DNA of 64,000 bases from Nemertoderma westbladi (lineage: Eukaryota; Animalia; Xenacoelomorpha). The notes below the pieces were generated by a model. That model did no database searches and was not told the DNA's origin. It saw nothing but the letters and a program-made list of their open reading frames with translations. Below, one piece after another: positions 22,540 through 35,138 of this stretch. A program made the position numbers and the translations under genes. The stretch spans positions 62,001 to 126,000 of the forward strand of contig JAUCBJ010006900.1 in assembly GCA_032718475.1 (NCBI GenBank), in the 5' to 3' direction. Numbering within the stretch: position 1 is the first letter of the stretch; each line of letters begins with the position of its first letter.

Positions 22540-25500
22540 TAATTGGATTGTTTACTATAGTTACTATTCTCGTAGCGCGATGGGGGCCTGAATGCCGTCC
22601 CAGACCTGGAGGTGTAGGGTTCTTCTGGCATCGAGACCGAGCCCTCTGGTGTTGGTTGGCTGTGGTCTGCGACTGGCGGGGTGGTGGTTGGGTGCCCCAC
22701 AATGTGTGCCCAAGTTGGTCGCGGTGGGGCTGGTGAGGTCGGCATTGTGCTTACGGGTAACGGTGGCTGTGGCGTCGGAGTGGGTTGTTGCGGTGGATGG
22801 CCGCTGGGGGGCGCTGCAAAATCCCGGACCCGGTGGAGGACGCGGTTGCTCTGGACGGTACGACCGCTTTCTTGGCGCACGAGATAATCATGGTTGGGGA
22901 GGACTTCCACCACGGTGCCATAGCCTGTCCAACGCTTGGTCGCTGGGTCCTGAATGAGGGCTGGTTGGCCAATGGAGAGCGCGCGTAGGGGGCGTGTGTG
23001 GCAGTCGTAGTGTCGTAGTCAGCGATTTCGCCAAGCTCCCGAAAAGTGCGGTGCCATTTTGGGTCGAACGATGAGAAGTGGGTGGGGAGGGCCTCGCGGA
23101 TGTTCCTCCCATACAGGAGTTCCGCTGGGGACCGGCCGCCATAATATGGTGTATTCCGGAATGCGAGGACGCCCTGTGTGATGCCGTCAGAGTCATGGTT
23201 AGCGCCCCGGATAATTTTCTTCATGGCCTTCACGGCCGCCTCCGCTCGTCCGTTTGTACGAGGTAGGTGGGGGCTGGATGGCTCCAGACGTACTCCCCAG
23301 CGCTGGAGGAACTGGCGCACTGCATCTGATATGAGTTGCGGGCTGCCATCTGGGTGTAGGATGGTTGGAACGGCGGTGGCGAGGAAGAGACGTTTGGAGG
23401 CAGGGAATAATTGCCCCCGATGTGGTGTCCGCACCGAGGCGAAATAGTGTGGCCAGCCTGTGTACTCGTCCGTGCAGACGAGGTAGTTCACGGCGGCCAC
23501 TATGCAGAGGTCCACGTGGACGCGCTGGAACGGCCGGGTGGTGTCTGGGTTGTGTTGCAGTGGCTCGGGGGCATGGGATTTGAGGACTGTCTGACACGAC
23601 TGGCAGCGTTCGACAGCCTGTTTCACATCATTTGCGATGGTTGGCCACCAGACTGCCCGGTTGGCCCGTTCCCGAGTTTTGTTAAGGCCTTGGTGCGAGG
23701 AATGGAGTTGGCTGAGTGTATTGGCCCGCATCTCAGTTGGTATGTATAGTTGGGGACCACACAGTATGAGCCCATCTTGGGCCATCAGGTCGCACCTGAA
23801 CTGGTAATAGGGGCAGACCCAGTCGTTAGTGACGTCGTGTTTTGACGTGGGCCAGCCCTCGGTGATGGTGGCGAGGAGGGCGCAGTATGTCGGGTCGCGT
23901 TGTCCCGCCTCACGGATTTCCTGGAGACAAGCATCCCGGGAGTCGAGGGTTGGGATTGCGCCGGTGGCTGCGTTTATCATGTATTCACGGTCCGTGTCGT
24001 CTTCCTGGGTCAGGATTAAGTCGGTGGGGACGGGGGGGTGAATTGCAGCCTGGGAGAAGGAGTCAGCAACCACGTGTTTAGCTCCCTTCTGGTGTCGGGC
24101 GGTGAAGGAGAACCGTGATAAAGCCATTTTGAGTTTTAATAACCGGTCATTCGTGACTTGATCCAATCGTCGCTCGTTTAGAATCGGTATCAGGGGGCTG
24201 CAGTTGGTCACGAGATCGAAATGACGGAGGCCGTTGAGAAAGTAGCGGCACTTATGGGCCGCCCAGACCACCCTGAGGGCCTCCAGCTCAGCCATCCCGG
24301 ACCAGTTGGCCTCGTGTTTGGCGAGGGTCTGGGAGCCGCACTGGACCGTTAGCCAGCGGTTCGTGGCCGAATCCCACTGCTGGAGGAGGAAACCGAGTCC
24401 ATTGAGACAGGAGGCGTCGGTGAGCAGCTCGGTTCTGCGGTCCGGCTGGAAACCAGACAAGTAGTGGGGGGGCAGACAGCATGGACCGGGTAGCCTCGAA
24501 TGCCGCCAGGTGTTCGGGGAGCTACAATCAAGCTGTGCGGCTTGAGTTCAACCTACGTAGTGGTTCCACGAGGCGGGTGATCTCGGCTGTGGAGTTGCCC
24601 AACTGTTGGGCTAGGCCGAGGAACGACTGGAGTTGGTGTCGGTTCTTGGGGACCAGGAATTGGCGGAAGTCCTCGGTGAGGTCTGGGTCGATGCGGTATT
24701 GCCCTTTGGAGACGTTATATCCACCGAATTTAACCTGTGGAAGGCAGAACTGCACCTTCTTCGGGTTTATGGATATATCGGCCTCATCGCAGGCAGCCAG
24801 GACTTTGGCTACCGCCTCGTTGTGTTCCTCCGCCGTTTCTGTGTAAATTATAATGTCCTCCACGATGCGGCCGATGTTAGGAACCCCCCGGAGTGCCTGG
24901 GCCATGCGGGCATTAAAAACATCCGAGCTGCCGTGCCAGCACATGGGCATGCAGCAGTAGCGGTAGCGGCCTCGCGGTGTGACGAATGTTGTAAGACCCT
25001 GACTCCGGGGGTCCAAGTTGACCTGGTGGAACCCTTTTAATCCATCTACAATGGTGAATACACCGGCAGTGGGTGGGATCCACGAAATGACGTGGAACGG
25101 GGATGGGGAGAAGTAGGTTGGGCGGACGGTGTTCAGGTTGAGTTCCCTGAGGTCGACGGTAATTCGGACCGATTCGCCGTCTTTTTTACGGGTTATAACC
25201 ATGGGGCTCAGCCAGTCGCTGGGGCAGTTTTCGTCATTGGCTGGTTCTAGAATCCCCATGGTCACCTGTTCGTCCAGTTCCCTGTTGAAGGCCTCCTCCA
25301 GGTTCGCTGGGATGGCCCTATTGGCGTATGAGTTTTTAGGTTTCGCGCCCGGAGTGAGTTTGATAGTAATGTCCCCACCCTTTATCACCCTGCAGACACC
25401 CGATAGGGGGCGCGGGAAGCGGGTTTCCAGGGCCCGCCAAGCTATAGCACGGTCTCCAGTAGGTGTGGTAATTGTAGCTTTGGATGGGGTAGGAAGCTCT

Positions 25501-26961
25501 GTCGGTGGCGGTGTGGTGGGGCCTGTGGAGGACACCATGGCAGGGGAAGCCGGCGACCCGCCTCTAAGGATTGGGCTCCTAAGAATCCCTAGGGTAAAGC
25601 AGGACTTGCAGGACAGGAGTGGCTGCTGGAGTCCCTCCAGCACCCAGATGTCGGTTGTACAGACGGTGTGGAGGTCATGGCACTGGATCGTAGCGGTGAA
25701 CAGTCCCTTGAATTCCCATCCAGTCCGGCTGCCATTGGTGAGTTTCGGGGCTTGTGGATTGGGGAAGGGTTTGCGGAGGTTTCCGATCTGGCCACCAAAC
25801 ATGGTGAATATCCAGAACGGAATAGCCGAGATGTTGGCCCCAGAGTCTGGGAGAAACTGGAGTTCTGGAATTCCAAATGCCGGGTTCTTGTAGACTTGGC
25901 CGCCCAGGGTGACGGTCTCTAGTGACTCGAGTTGTTCGGTTGATGAAACAACCGGGGTGTTCTCGAGTTCAGTTCCAATCTAGGACCGACCAGACTTCGG
26001 CGTTCTTGGTTGCGGTGTGGTCCTCCATGTAGCATGGCACGCATGGTGCCGGGGGTGCGGCCGCTGCGTGGGCCTGTGGGGGGCGGGGTCCGGGACACAT
26101 CATGTCGTAGTGTCCGACCAGTTTACAGTGGCGGCACCGCGCGTCCGTACCCGGGCAACGTTGGCCCGGTCCGTGTGGGGGATAGCCGCATTTGGTGCAG
26201 GTCGGGCCAGGCCCGCTGGGATAGCATTGGAGCGTGGTCTCCAGTTCCCTTTCCGTCGTTTATCTGACCTTGCCTCCGCCTTAGCTGCCGTAGGTGCCGG
26301 TGTGGAGGAGAAGGAGAGTGACGATGCATCCTTCCGCGTGGTCCACACGGTTTGGGCGAGGTTGAGGGCATCAATGATCGAACTTCCTGCAGGGAGCCGG
26401 AGTAGGTGCTCAGTAACCTCTTTATCACCGAAGTCGGCTATAAATTTGGTCGAGCAGTCTATCGTTGCGATGGGCATCCAGAGTCGGGTGTGCCTCGAAT
26501 CCGCATTTTGAAGCGATATCCCGGAGGTTAACCAGGAATGTCTCCGGAGTTTCCTCAAGTAGGCGGGATCGGCGCGCCAGTTCCTGCCGGTGGACGCATT
26601 TATTGGTCCCGCCGTTGATATGGACGCTGAGATGTTGGATGATAACATCGGTGTCTGCATTGTCGATGGCGGACAGGCCCAAACCCTTGACGACTGCGTT
26701 CGTTGCGCGGGAGAAGGCGGTGGTCAGAGTTGCCCGCTGTTTGCGGTTTGTTGCTGCTAGAAGAGCTGCCGATACGGTTGGGTCCGGTGGATCGGCCGAG
26801 TCTGTGACGCGCAAGTTTCCAAGTCCAGAGGTGACGAGGAATGCATCCCACTCGTCTCGCCACAGCTCCCAGGTGGAGCGTTCCGATTCCAGGTCTATTG
26901 GGGGTGGCTAGTTTCGTAGAATGAAGGAGAATGGGTCGCGGTTGTCATTTGCTCTTGCCAT
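22540..26961 (-). pseudogene. Gypsy gag-pol pseudogene
   Basis: Gag starts MARANDNRDP, then a stop, then WELWRDEWDAF. Protease FLPDSGANISAI. RT VRITVDLRELN, DGLKGFHQV, and IVED in place of the xxDD motif. RNase H LLTDAS and AELEAL. Integrase HQG..C..C, VHVD, TNGRAE. Multiple frameshifts and stops. Confidence 0.85.
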
Positions 26962-26975
26962 ACTGCCATATCCAA

Positions 26976-27245
26976 TGTCAAACATCCGTATCACGGTATC
27001 AGCAGATAGTTTATTACGATATTAATTACAGATATATTTATTAAGGTAATAAAGTGCGTTAGCAATTGCAGAGTTGTGAGTTAGGCCGAGTACAAAGTGC
27101 AGTACTGCATGGGCAAGTAGGTAAGTACTGAAACTATGTAATGATGCAACGGTTCCACCAGTCAAACCTAACCAGACTGCCGTCAAACCGGTAGCCGGCC
27201 TATATATTCAGATCAGTCTAATACACGCTACGCGTATATCACACA
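26976..27245 (-). repeat. Gypsy 5' LTR (~270 bp)
   Basis: Minus strand reads TGTGTGAT...TTTGACA, ending 15 nt before the gag ATG. The 3' boundary is inferred from TG..CA only. Confidence 0.65.
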
Positions 27246-28045
27246 ACCACCATTTCATCATAAATGGTAACTTTGTTCTCTGAGAAAAGATCTTTCAAAT
27301 GAACCCAAAACGAACTCCGTACAATCACTAGAACTGGAGATTATACATTTTGAATATCTCTGATGATTGATAAGTCTATTCCGTGTAATCCTGCATAGAC
27401 CGCAGAGTCGCTTATTCGAGTCCCGTCTACATTCCAGAGACTTGAAGTTGTCTTATAAACTGACTAGTAGGTCCAATAATCATAAAAAAAATACTTTTTC
27501 ACTTAAAATTTTGTGCTTCTTACTAGTGCAGGAACCACTGAGCACAGAAATTTGCATGCAGAAATTGAATGCAAACCCCAAATATCATCGCATTTACCGA
27601 TATCGCGATATATCGCAGCCAGTATCTTATACCTAAGCAAGATATGGGAAAACGGTTTCCATATTTGGATTCATTATGTTCTGAAAACTACAATCGAATC
27701 AGCATTCCTGCAAACTACATATTCCAGCTTATATAATTAAATTAATGAATGAAGCATTATAGTAAAATACTATTATAAATAATTATTATTAAAATTAGGA
27801 AAAATTAAAATTATTTTAATTTAATCTTAGGCATCAGTTGATTTTAATGAAAATTGAAATCCAAATTATTATTTATAGTAACAGTGTGTTGGCAAGCTGT
27901 ATTTTTCGAGGTGTTTGTGGGGCGAGCCACGAAGTTGGCGGAGCCTTAGCGAATTGACACTGTTAGGGGGTGGGTCAATTTACACGAAGTTGGCGGAGCC
28001 TTAGCGAATTGACACTGTTAGGGGGTGGGTCAATTTATGCAAATA

Positions 28046-28113
28046 GTTGTCGTCGTCGTCGTTGTCGTTGTCGTCGTCGTCGTCGTCGTTGTCGTCGTCG
28101 TCGTCGTCGTCGT
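28046..28113 (+). repeat. (GTC/GTT)n microsatellite
   Basis: About 22 trinucleotide units read directly. Confidence 0.95.
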
Positions 28114-29115
28114 TACGATTTTGACATGCTAATAACTTTGTCGGATTTAAAGCTGCCAAGTTGAAAATTTGTAGGTATCAATATGAGCAAAAGTTGAGAT
28201 TTTTGAGAGACTTTCAGACACCATCAGTGCAATGGTCTCCCGCTAGAAGGCCACATGTCTAAACATTAAATGCCCTCCCATTTCTTTGCTTTTAATCCGT
28301 TTAAGCTGAAACTTGGCAGATATGTATTAGACCATTAGCTGTGACTTTCAAAGGAGGCGAATCTATCTGCAGTTCTCCAGTCTGCCGCTAGAGGGCCAAA
28401 GGTCTGAAAGTGAAATCGTTGTCGTCGTTACGATTTTGACATGCTAATAACTTTGTCGGATTTAAAGCTGCCAAGTTGAAAATTTGTAGGTATCAATATG
28501 AGCTAAAGTTGAGATTTTTGAGAGACTTTCAGACACCATCAGTGCAATGGTCTCCCGCTAGAGGGCCACATGTCTAAACATTAAATGCCCTCCCATTTCT
28601 TTGCTTTTAATCCGTTTAAGCTGAAACTTGGCAGATATGTATTAGACCATTAGCTGTGACTTTCAAAGGAGGCGAATCCATCTGCAGTTCTCCAGTCTGC
28701 CGCTAGAGGGCCAAAGGTCTGAAAGTGAAATCGTTGTCGTCGTTACGATTTTGACATGCTAATAACTTTGTCGGATTTAAAGCTGCCAAGTTGAAAATTT
28801 GTAGGTATCAATATGAGCTAAAGTTGAGATTTTTGAGAGACTTTCAGACACCATCAGTGCAATGGTCTCCCGCTAGAGGGCCACATGTCTAAACATTAAA
28901 TGCCCTCCCATTTCTTTGCTTTTAATCCGTTTAAGCTGAAACTTGGCAGATATGTATTAGACCATTAGCTGTGACTTTCAAAGGAGGCGAATCCATCTGC
29001 AGTTCTCCAGTCTGCCGCTAGAGGGCCAAATGTCTGAAAGTGAAATCGTTGTCGTCGTTATGATATTGACATGCTTATAACTTTGTCGAATTTAAAGCTG
29101 CCAAGTTGAAAATTT
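28105..29115 (+). repeat. 315-bp tandem array, about 3.2 near-identical units, each an internal dimer
   Basis: CGTTA(C/T)GAT recurs at 28111, 28426, 28741 and 29056. A CCGCTAGA(G/A)GGCCA motif occurs twice per unit. Confidence 0.95.
28367..29028 (+). promoter_or_regulatory. Candidate CTCF sites (core plus upstream motif) at 28367, 28682 and 28997
   Basis: CTGCAGTTCTCCAGTCTGCCGCTAGAGGGCCA fits the extended CTCF consensus CTGCAGTKCC-N5-YNRCCRSYAGRKGGC, including the spacing. Binding is not shown. Confidence 0.5.
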
Positions 29116-29603
29116 GTTTTTTTGAAAATCAGTTCAACAGTCACCCGCGCTATAGGACTACTTTATGCCTGAAAGTGAATAGATTCTCCCGTCTCATTGA
29201 TTTTAATCAGTTTAAGCTGAATCTTGCCATATATTCTGGACCACATGCTGCGTCTTTGTGGGGGGGGGGGGGGGGGGGGAGATTTAATCGGTCTGCCGCT
29301 ATACGACGGAATTTCTGAAAGTGAGATCCGTCTCTCATTTCGTTATCTGTTATTCAAGATGAAACTTGGCCGATGTACGTATGTACTATTCATCCATAGG
29401 CTGTGTCTTTGTGGGGCTGGAGACCCTAATCCATCTTCAGTTCTCACTATACCGCTAGAGTCAGAAATGTCTGAATAGAAATGAAAGAGGTAAAAAGTGA
29501 TTAGGCGAAATCTGCTTAAAATTTGCTAATACAGTAATACTTTCGAATTAGTACTTAAATTAAATTTAAGTCACGTGCTGCGCGAAGGCCCCACTTCGTG
29601 TTA

Positions 29604-29905
29604 TTATATATTTATTATAGGAAGGGATCTAGGGGTCTTAACCTCGAATGATAAGTTTATTTTACCGAAAATAACTTATCTTTTATTGGCGCAATTGTAG
29701 GACTAATCCCATCACATGCGTACTTTTTAACCGGGTAGTGTACAAATTACGCGATTCCTAAATTTGTACACTACCCGGTTAAAAAGTACGCATGTGATGG
29801 GGTTAGTCCTACAATTGCGCCTATAAAAGATAAGTTATTTTCGGTAAAATATACTTATCATTCGAGGTTAAGACCCCTAGATCCCTTCCTATATTAAATA
29901 TATAA
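29604..29905. repeat. Near-perfect 302-bp palindrome (foldback MITE)
   Basis: 145-bp arms (29604-29748 and 29761-29905), 12-nt loop, about 4 mismatches. Confidence 0.9.
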
Positions 29906-29915
29906 ATTATTATTT

Positions 29916-30068
29916 ATTACATGGGAAACAAATAAGAACTTTTTGTCATTATTCTCGAGGCATTTTATTTACCGAGCGTCAGCGAGGTTAATAAAGGGTC
30001 GAGAGAATATTGAAAAAATGTGAAAATGTGAAAATGAAAAACTGTTCTACGTTTTTTTCCCATGTAAT
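29916..30068. mobile_element. Imperfect palindromic element, possibly a non-autonomous Crypton type
   Basis: Ends ATTACATGGGAAA / TTCCCATGTAAT with a central CCGAGCGTCAGCGAGG. The family assignment rests on resemblance only. Confidence 0.4.
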
Positions 30069-30483
30069 ACGTAATTTTATTCTTAAATCGGTATTTTTTT
30101 GTTGCTCAATTCTTTAATAAAACATAGCGAATTACTGCAGTACAGTAGTGTTACTAATTAAATTGAACTTCAGTATTTTACTATATTGCTTCCATATAGT
30201 TACTGCGATTCAAATTATTGTACTCTTCAACTCTCGATGTTGCCTTACTCAATGTTACAATACCTAAATTAGTAGCTAGAGTGTTTAATTAATCATTGTG
30301 GCCGTGATGGTTCATGGTTAATATACACTACCCTTTCATTGTAGCGAGTGGTTAAAGACGGCCAAGTACGGTAGGGTTGAGCACAGTAGAGCATATGATG
30401 GTATTGACAGATGGGAGGCCATGAGGAGGTAAATTGCGGATATACAAGGTATCAGATAGTATTTCCAGGTCTATCTTTTACCT

Positions 30484-30590
30484 GAGCCGCTAGCTGAATT
30501 GTTAGAGCGTCAGACTTCCAACTCGGAGGTCACCAGTTCGATCCCAGCTGGACGTCATTGCCGACTTTGCTAAAGCTGTGCCCAAAAAAA
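30484..30590 (+). mobile_element. tRNA-derived sequence (SINE head or tRNA pseudogene)
   Basis: A-box-like TAGCTGAATTG and B-box GTTCGATCCC at tRNA spacing, imperfect stems, short A-run at ~30584-30590. Confidence 0.55.
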
Positions 30591-31366
30591 TTATAATAAT
30601 ATGAAACCACTCATTCACCCATAACACCAATAATAGCAATATAATGTCACCTAACAACCAACGAGGGCAATATACATTGCCAGCCACAAGGATAGATGAG
30701 AGGCTATAGGCCATCTCAGGGGGACGAAGGGAGCTAGCACGTGGGTAAAAAGGGAAAAGGGAGTGCCAAGGGAAGAAGGGATAGGTTAGCCAATGGTGGG
30801 GCAGAACACCATCGAATTGGGATGCATCCATTGGCCAGGCCACACAGCAAGCACCAATATTCCATGTGTTAGTAATATAACCATTGCATTTATTACCTGT
30901 TGTTCAGTTGGTTTTTTGTAGAGTGTGGAAGCAAGAGTGTTTAGACCGTCGTCAATAACCGTGCTATTATTGTATTCTGACATTACGAACAACTGCCACT
31001 AAAACTCAGTTATTCTTTCGGCCTCCGGCCTTTCAAACTCAGATACCACAAGCCTTTCAGCAGCCAGCGGACGCAGCGACGCGTACTACCTAAAAGTAAA
31101 ACACACCGGTCGGGATTCCCTCGCCAACTCCCGTCACAGATCCCGTCACAGATCCTGTCACAAAATCAATGCAATCCTATGATGAACTTTTTTCCCTAGG
31201 GAAAAAAAAGTGCAACTATTTCACCCGATTTTGAACTAAATTCGAGCGAAAAAGTAACAATTTAAAAATAAAATATTTTTTTTTAATTTTGGGGCTATGA
31301 AATATTTTTATGAGTATATCCAATACAACAAATATGGTTAAAACACTTACAGTTACAGATATAATG

Positions 31367-32003
31367 AGTAGTATAGGTTTGCTCCTCTCGGCGACAGTTA
31401 GACCACACTGACACCCATTGGGTGTCATATGACACCCTATTATCACCCATAGGGTGTCATTGGGTGTCATTGGCGCCAGACTGTCTGGGTGACTACCTCC
31501 CAATTAGGCTAATTAGACCCTAATTGATAGGTGGCATCAATTAATTACAACAATTAAACCCTAATAGGTGTCTTACGACTCCTAATTAGGGTATAATTGA
31601 TTATCCTAATTAATCAGACTGATTAGCGCCCTGACACACAATGGGTCATCAGTGTTGTCTAACTGTCGCCGAGAGGAGCAAAGGGTGTCATAAGTGACAC
31701 CGCGGCTCTTTTATTTATTAATACCTATTTATTTATATTTAATTTTAATTAATTATTTGTATTTTATTTTACTTTATTTATTTGTATTTAATTTTAAATT
31801 AATTATTCATTTGTACTTTATTTTAAATTAATTAATTGTAATACTTTTACTTTATACATTGATTTCTTAGCCATACTTAGCCATAGGGTATACAGCTCCC
31901 TTACTGGTAACTAATTACTATTATCTATATCCAGACAGCTTTATCGTTGACCTTTGACCCCCAATTAGCTTTAACCAAGCAACAGCTTATTAATAATAGT
32001 TGT
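31367..32003 (+). mobile_element. Polinton-type terminal sequence (older relative of the 51494 element), cut by the A2 LTR
   Basis: Begins AGTAGTA, followed by the same CTCGGCGACAGTT / GGGTGTCATATGACACCC module and AT-rich block as 51494-52070. Confidence 0.7.
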
Positions 32004-33188
32004 TGTAAAGGCTTTTGCGGATCTAGCTAGTCATTTTCCCCGCAAAGTACTCTGTAGGTGTTTTAGCGGACATAAAAAGCCGTTTTCTTACTGTGTAGGT
32101 GTTTTAGTGGACATAAATAGCCATTTTTCTGTATCTGTACTTTAGCGGACATAACAAGCCATTTTATGCCGCAATGCGCCAAAATACTCTTAATACAGTG
32201 TAGTTCAGATGACGACATCTATCAGCTGATATGTCGATGTGGAGCTTTTTGGCTTTCTTTGTTCGGCTCACTCGACCAATCAGAGCGATTTTCATTTTAT
32301 CTTGTACAGAAGCCTACGGAAGATCGCGCAATGCATTATGGTCTTTGTTTACCTTTTTTCCTGAGCCCAGAACATCGGCTTTGGAATTATTCTGTGTTTC
32401 AGACTTTAGCCAAACATTAGAACGGCTTTGATCATAGAAACGTATAACTGTTATCAAATTCCCATACATACGAATCATATCATACTATACATACCTTTCA
32501 CCGCATTATTTTACTGCTATTTACTGTCGGTTATTAATTGTTATCAGTTGATGGATATGTTGTTATATTTGGAGAATATCGATAAATAATCATAAAACCC
32601 CAATCTTCTTGATATACTGAAGGTTAGAGAGACCGGTTACATATAGCAATTGCGACTTACATTATAGTGGTTTTGGAGTGAATTGAATGCTATTTCATAG
32701 ACCCTACATGTGTCGGTTGCTATTCTCCTTATATATGATCAAATTTAGTGAAGGTCGGCAGATCAGTGTGCAGCAGTGTGCGGTAGTGTGCATGAGTGTG
32801 ACAGATAACAAAGCATTTCCTAAAGAATGCGCTTTATACGAAAATCAATAGCCATCCCGTTGTGTTTAGTGTAAGTCATAACTCTGTTTACATACTTAGA
32901 GCGCCACGTCCTAAAGGAACTGTTAATATTTCCCGAAAGTGAATAATATTTGTCAGAGATATTATAGTAACGAGTCAATCGAATAATACAGTAAGTCTAC
33001 ACCGCAATAAGGTCAGAGCATCCGAATCCAGTCTCCCTTAACCGTAGGTGAATGGTCGCGCATAGGCTGGCTTCGGCTAATGTAACTTTATGTGTATCAA
33101 ATACTTGTTATAGGCTAAAGTCGATTTATAACCTAGAAGACACCTAAAATTGGCAGGTTAAACTGCTAAAGGTCTAAAAGCGCGAACA
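32004..33188 (+). repeat. A2 5' LTR
   Basis: TGTAAAGGCTTTTG...AAAGCGCGAACA. The 3' ~620 bp is clearly homologous to 14950-15592. Confidence 0.85.
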
Positions 33189-34584
33189 ATAACAGTTATT
33201 CTTTCTTTATTGCAACGTAGGCAATAAAGGCAAAAGTACCGGTCGACCGGTAACCAGTAGGCCTAACTACCTAACCACCTGAACCGGTACTTACAGCAGT
33301 ACAGGTACTAGTATTATTTCAATTGTGATATATTGTATATTGTAGGCTGTTAGAGGATTAGGGATTGATCACCCCTTATTCCTTTGTATGGTTTACTTAT
33401 TTCTGTCAGTTTTATTTATTTGTAAGTTAATATTGAGCAGAAGGCGTGTAAGCCTGCTCAGATTGTACAAGTAATTTGTAGGCTGGATTGTTGTCTGATT
33501 GTTGTTAAGTCTGAAGGGATTGCAGTGTGTGTAGAGTGTATGTCCGATAAAGTACTAGTTAGGAACGTGGGGGCATCCAGTGCTGTAAGGTAAATCCCCC
33601 CCCCCCCCCCCCCGAAAGAATAAGTCGTACTACTCGGTTAGAACGCATACTAACTAACCATTTCGGAGTCTGCATATACTGTAGTTTATTTAGGCTTGAT
33701 AGTAGTCTGCCAGCGTTTGGTCTGTATTTTGTTTGTGTAGTCTGTATGGGTAGCGTAATATTTATTATTCAGAGTCTATGCGATTATTTGCAACATTCAT
33801 AACCCCAAGTTCATTCCTACAGTAATTGTGCTTGTTATATATACCGTTATAGTTAAATTAACCCCGGTACTACATCAGGACTGTTTGGCGTAGGTAAAGA
33901 CTGGTGATTTTATGCTCTGGTCACTCCGGCAGATACCGTGGTTCTTTTAGCTGTACAAGTATTTTTAACTGTTGGTTATTTGTTGTATAAGTACTTGTAC
34001 CTAATTTAGGGTTTAGTATACAGTGCTTTCCGAAGGTAATTAGTGTTTAGGCAGTATATTTGTGTTGTAAAGTGGTTAATAGGCACGTTAGCTATAGTAG
34101 GCTGCGGTAATTAACTTCTAGGTAGGAACACTCCGGGTACATAATGTAGTACTTATAGAGCTGTAAAGCTAGAGACTATAAGTCGTCAGACGGTGGTATT
34201 TTTCCTATCTAGACAACGCAATATATTTACTACTGCTTTATTATTTTCAAATACCGTAGTATCCTATCCGTTGTAATAACCAGATATTCTAACTCCTTGT
34301 TAGGCTGGTTTGTAGATTTCTTGTAAAATTAACCCTAAAAATTCGTACGTGTAATTTTTGTGTTTATTTAGAGATTGTAATCTCACCCCGCAATTGTACG
34401 TAATTTGTAGTAATAAGTAACTTAGTAAATTAGAATTATTTGTTTTAGTGTCCAATAAGTAGCACTACACTGAGAGCGTACAGCTTCTTTGTAGTGACTC
34501 CTTACCAGAAATAATAACATTTATTTCAAATATTGTCAAAAAACCCATTAAGCGGGTATATATATATTATAAATCAGCTCAAAC

Positions 34585-35138
34585 TGTTAGCTTATCCAAT
34601 TCCGCTAACACCCCACAAAGTAAGCCGTTAAGCAATATTGGGGGCCACGAGGTTGGGTAATCAACCACTCGTGCCACCCCAACAAAGTGGGAAGGAGAAA
34701 CACACAATAGAGGTCAGGGGCCACACCCCTGACAGAGAGAGAATAGCAGGAGTGAAGGGGAAACACTCCAAAGGGCGCCAACAGGGATATCAGCCAATGG
34801 GGGGCAGGCACCGGCTAGGTACTGTAACAACGGCCAAACCGTGCAATATATTATTAGGTATCAGTAATCAGTTATTCAGTTATCTCATTTGTGTTAGTCG
34901 GTTAGCTAGGGTAGAGCGGAGACTTCTAAGACCGTCCTCGCCTACCACCATTACCTGTACATACTATACTTCAATTGCAATATATTACACCATTTATACT
35001 ATATCCATTTAACGTCTACATTATACATATCAGAGAATCAATAACACCAGAACTCTCAAACTCTTTCCACACAAACGGCGGGGACGCGTACTTTGAACAA
35101 CCGCGGATAAACCGGGATCCTCCTTGGATCCCGTCACA
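34585..35138 (+). repeat. Element B 5' LTR (554 bp)
   Basis: TGTTAGC...GTCACA; direct repeat of 48009-48561. Confidence 0.97.

Larger units (their letters stand above)
22331..27245 (-). mobile_element. Ty3/Gypsy LTR retrotransposon (Mag-like), decayed
   Basis: Minus-strand gag-PR-RT-RH-IN order. Direct repeats at 22331-22444 and 27132-27245. Confidence 0.88.
27902..29600 (+). mobile_element. Helentron-associated (HINE/DINE-1-like) non-autonomous element
   Basis: T-run start; subterminal inverted repeat CACGAAGT (27928) / ACTTCGTG (29593-29600); microsatellite right after the 5' block; internal tandem array. 55-bp duplication at 27928 and 27983. Confidence 0.6.

Noticed and set aside
27970-28164. 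Protamine-like Arg-rich 64-aa ORF
   Set aside because: It is the translation of the (GTC)n microsatellite.
30484-30557. Functional tRNA gene
   Set aside because: The acceptor, anticodon and T stems pair poorly; kept only as tRNA-derived sequence.
31130-31162. GATCCCGTCACA tandem matching the end of the B LTR
   Set aside because: A 12-13 nt match with no further homology; probably coincidence.
34638-35012. 124-aa ORF duplicated at 48062-48436
   Set aside because: The duplication simply reflects the two LTRs; non-ATG start and no recognisable domain.
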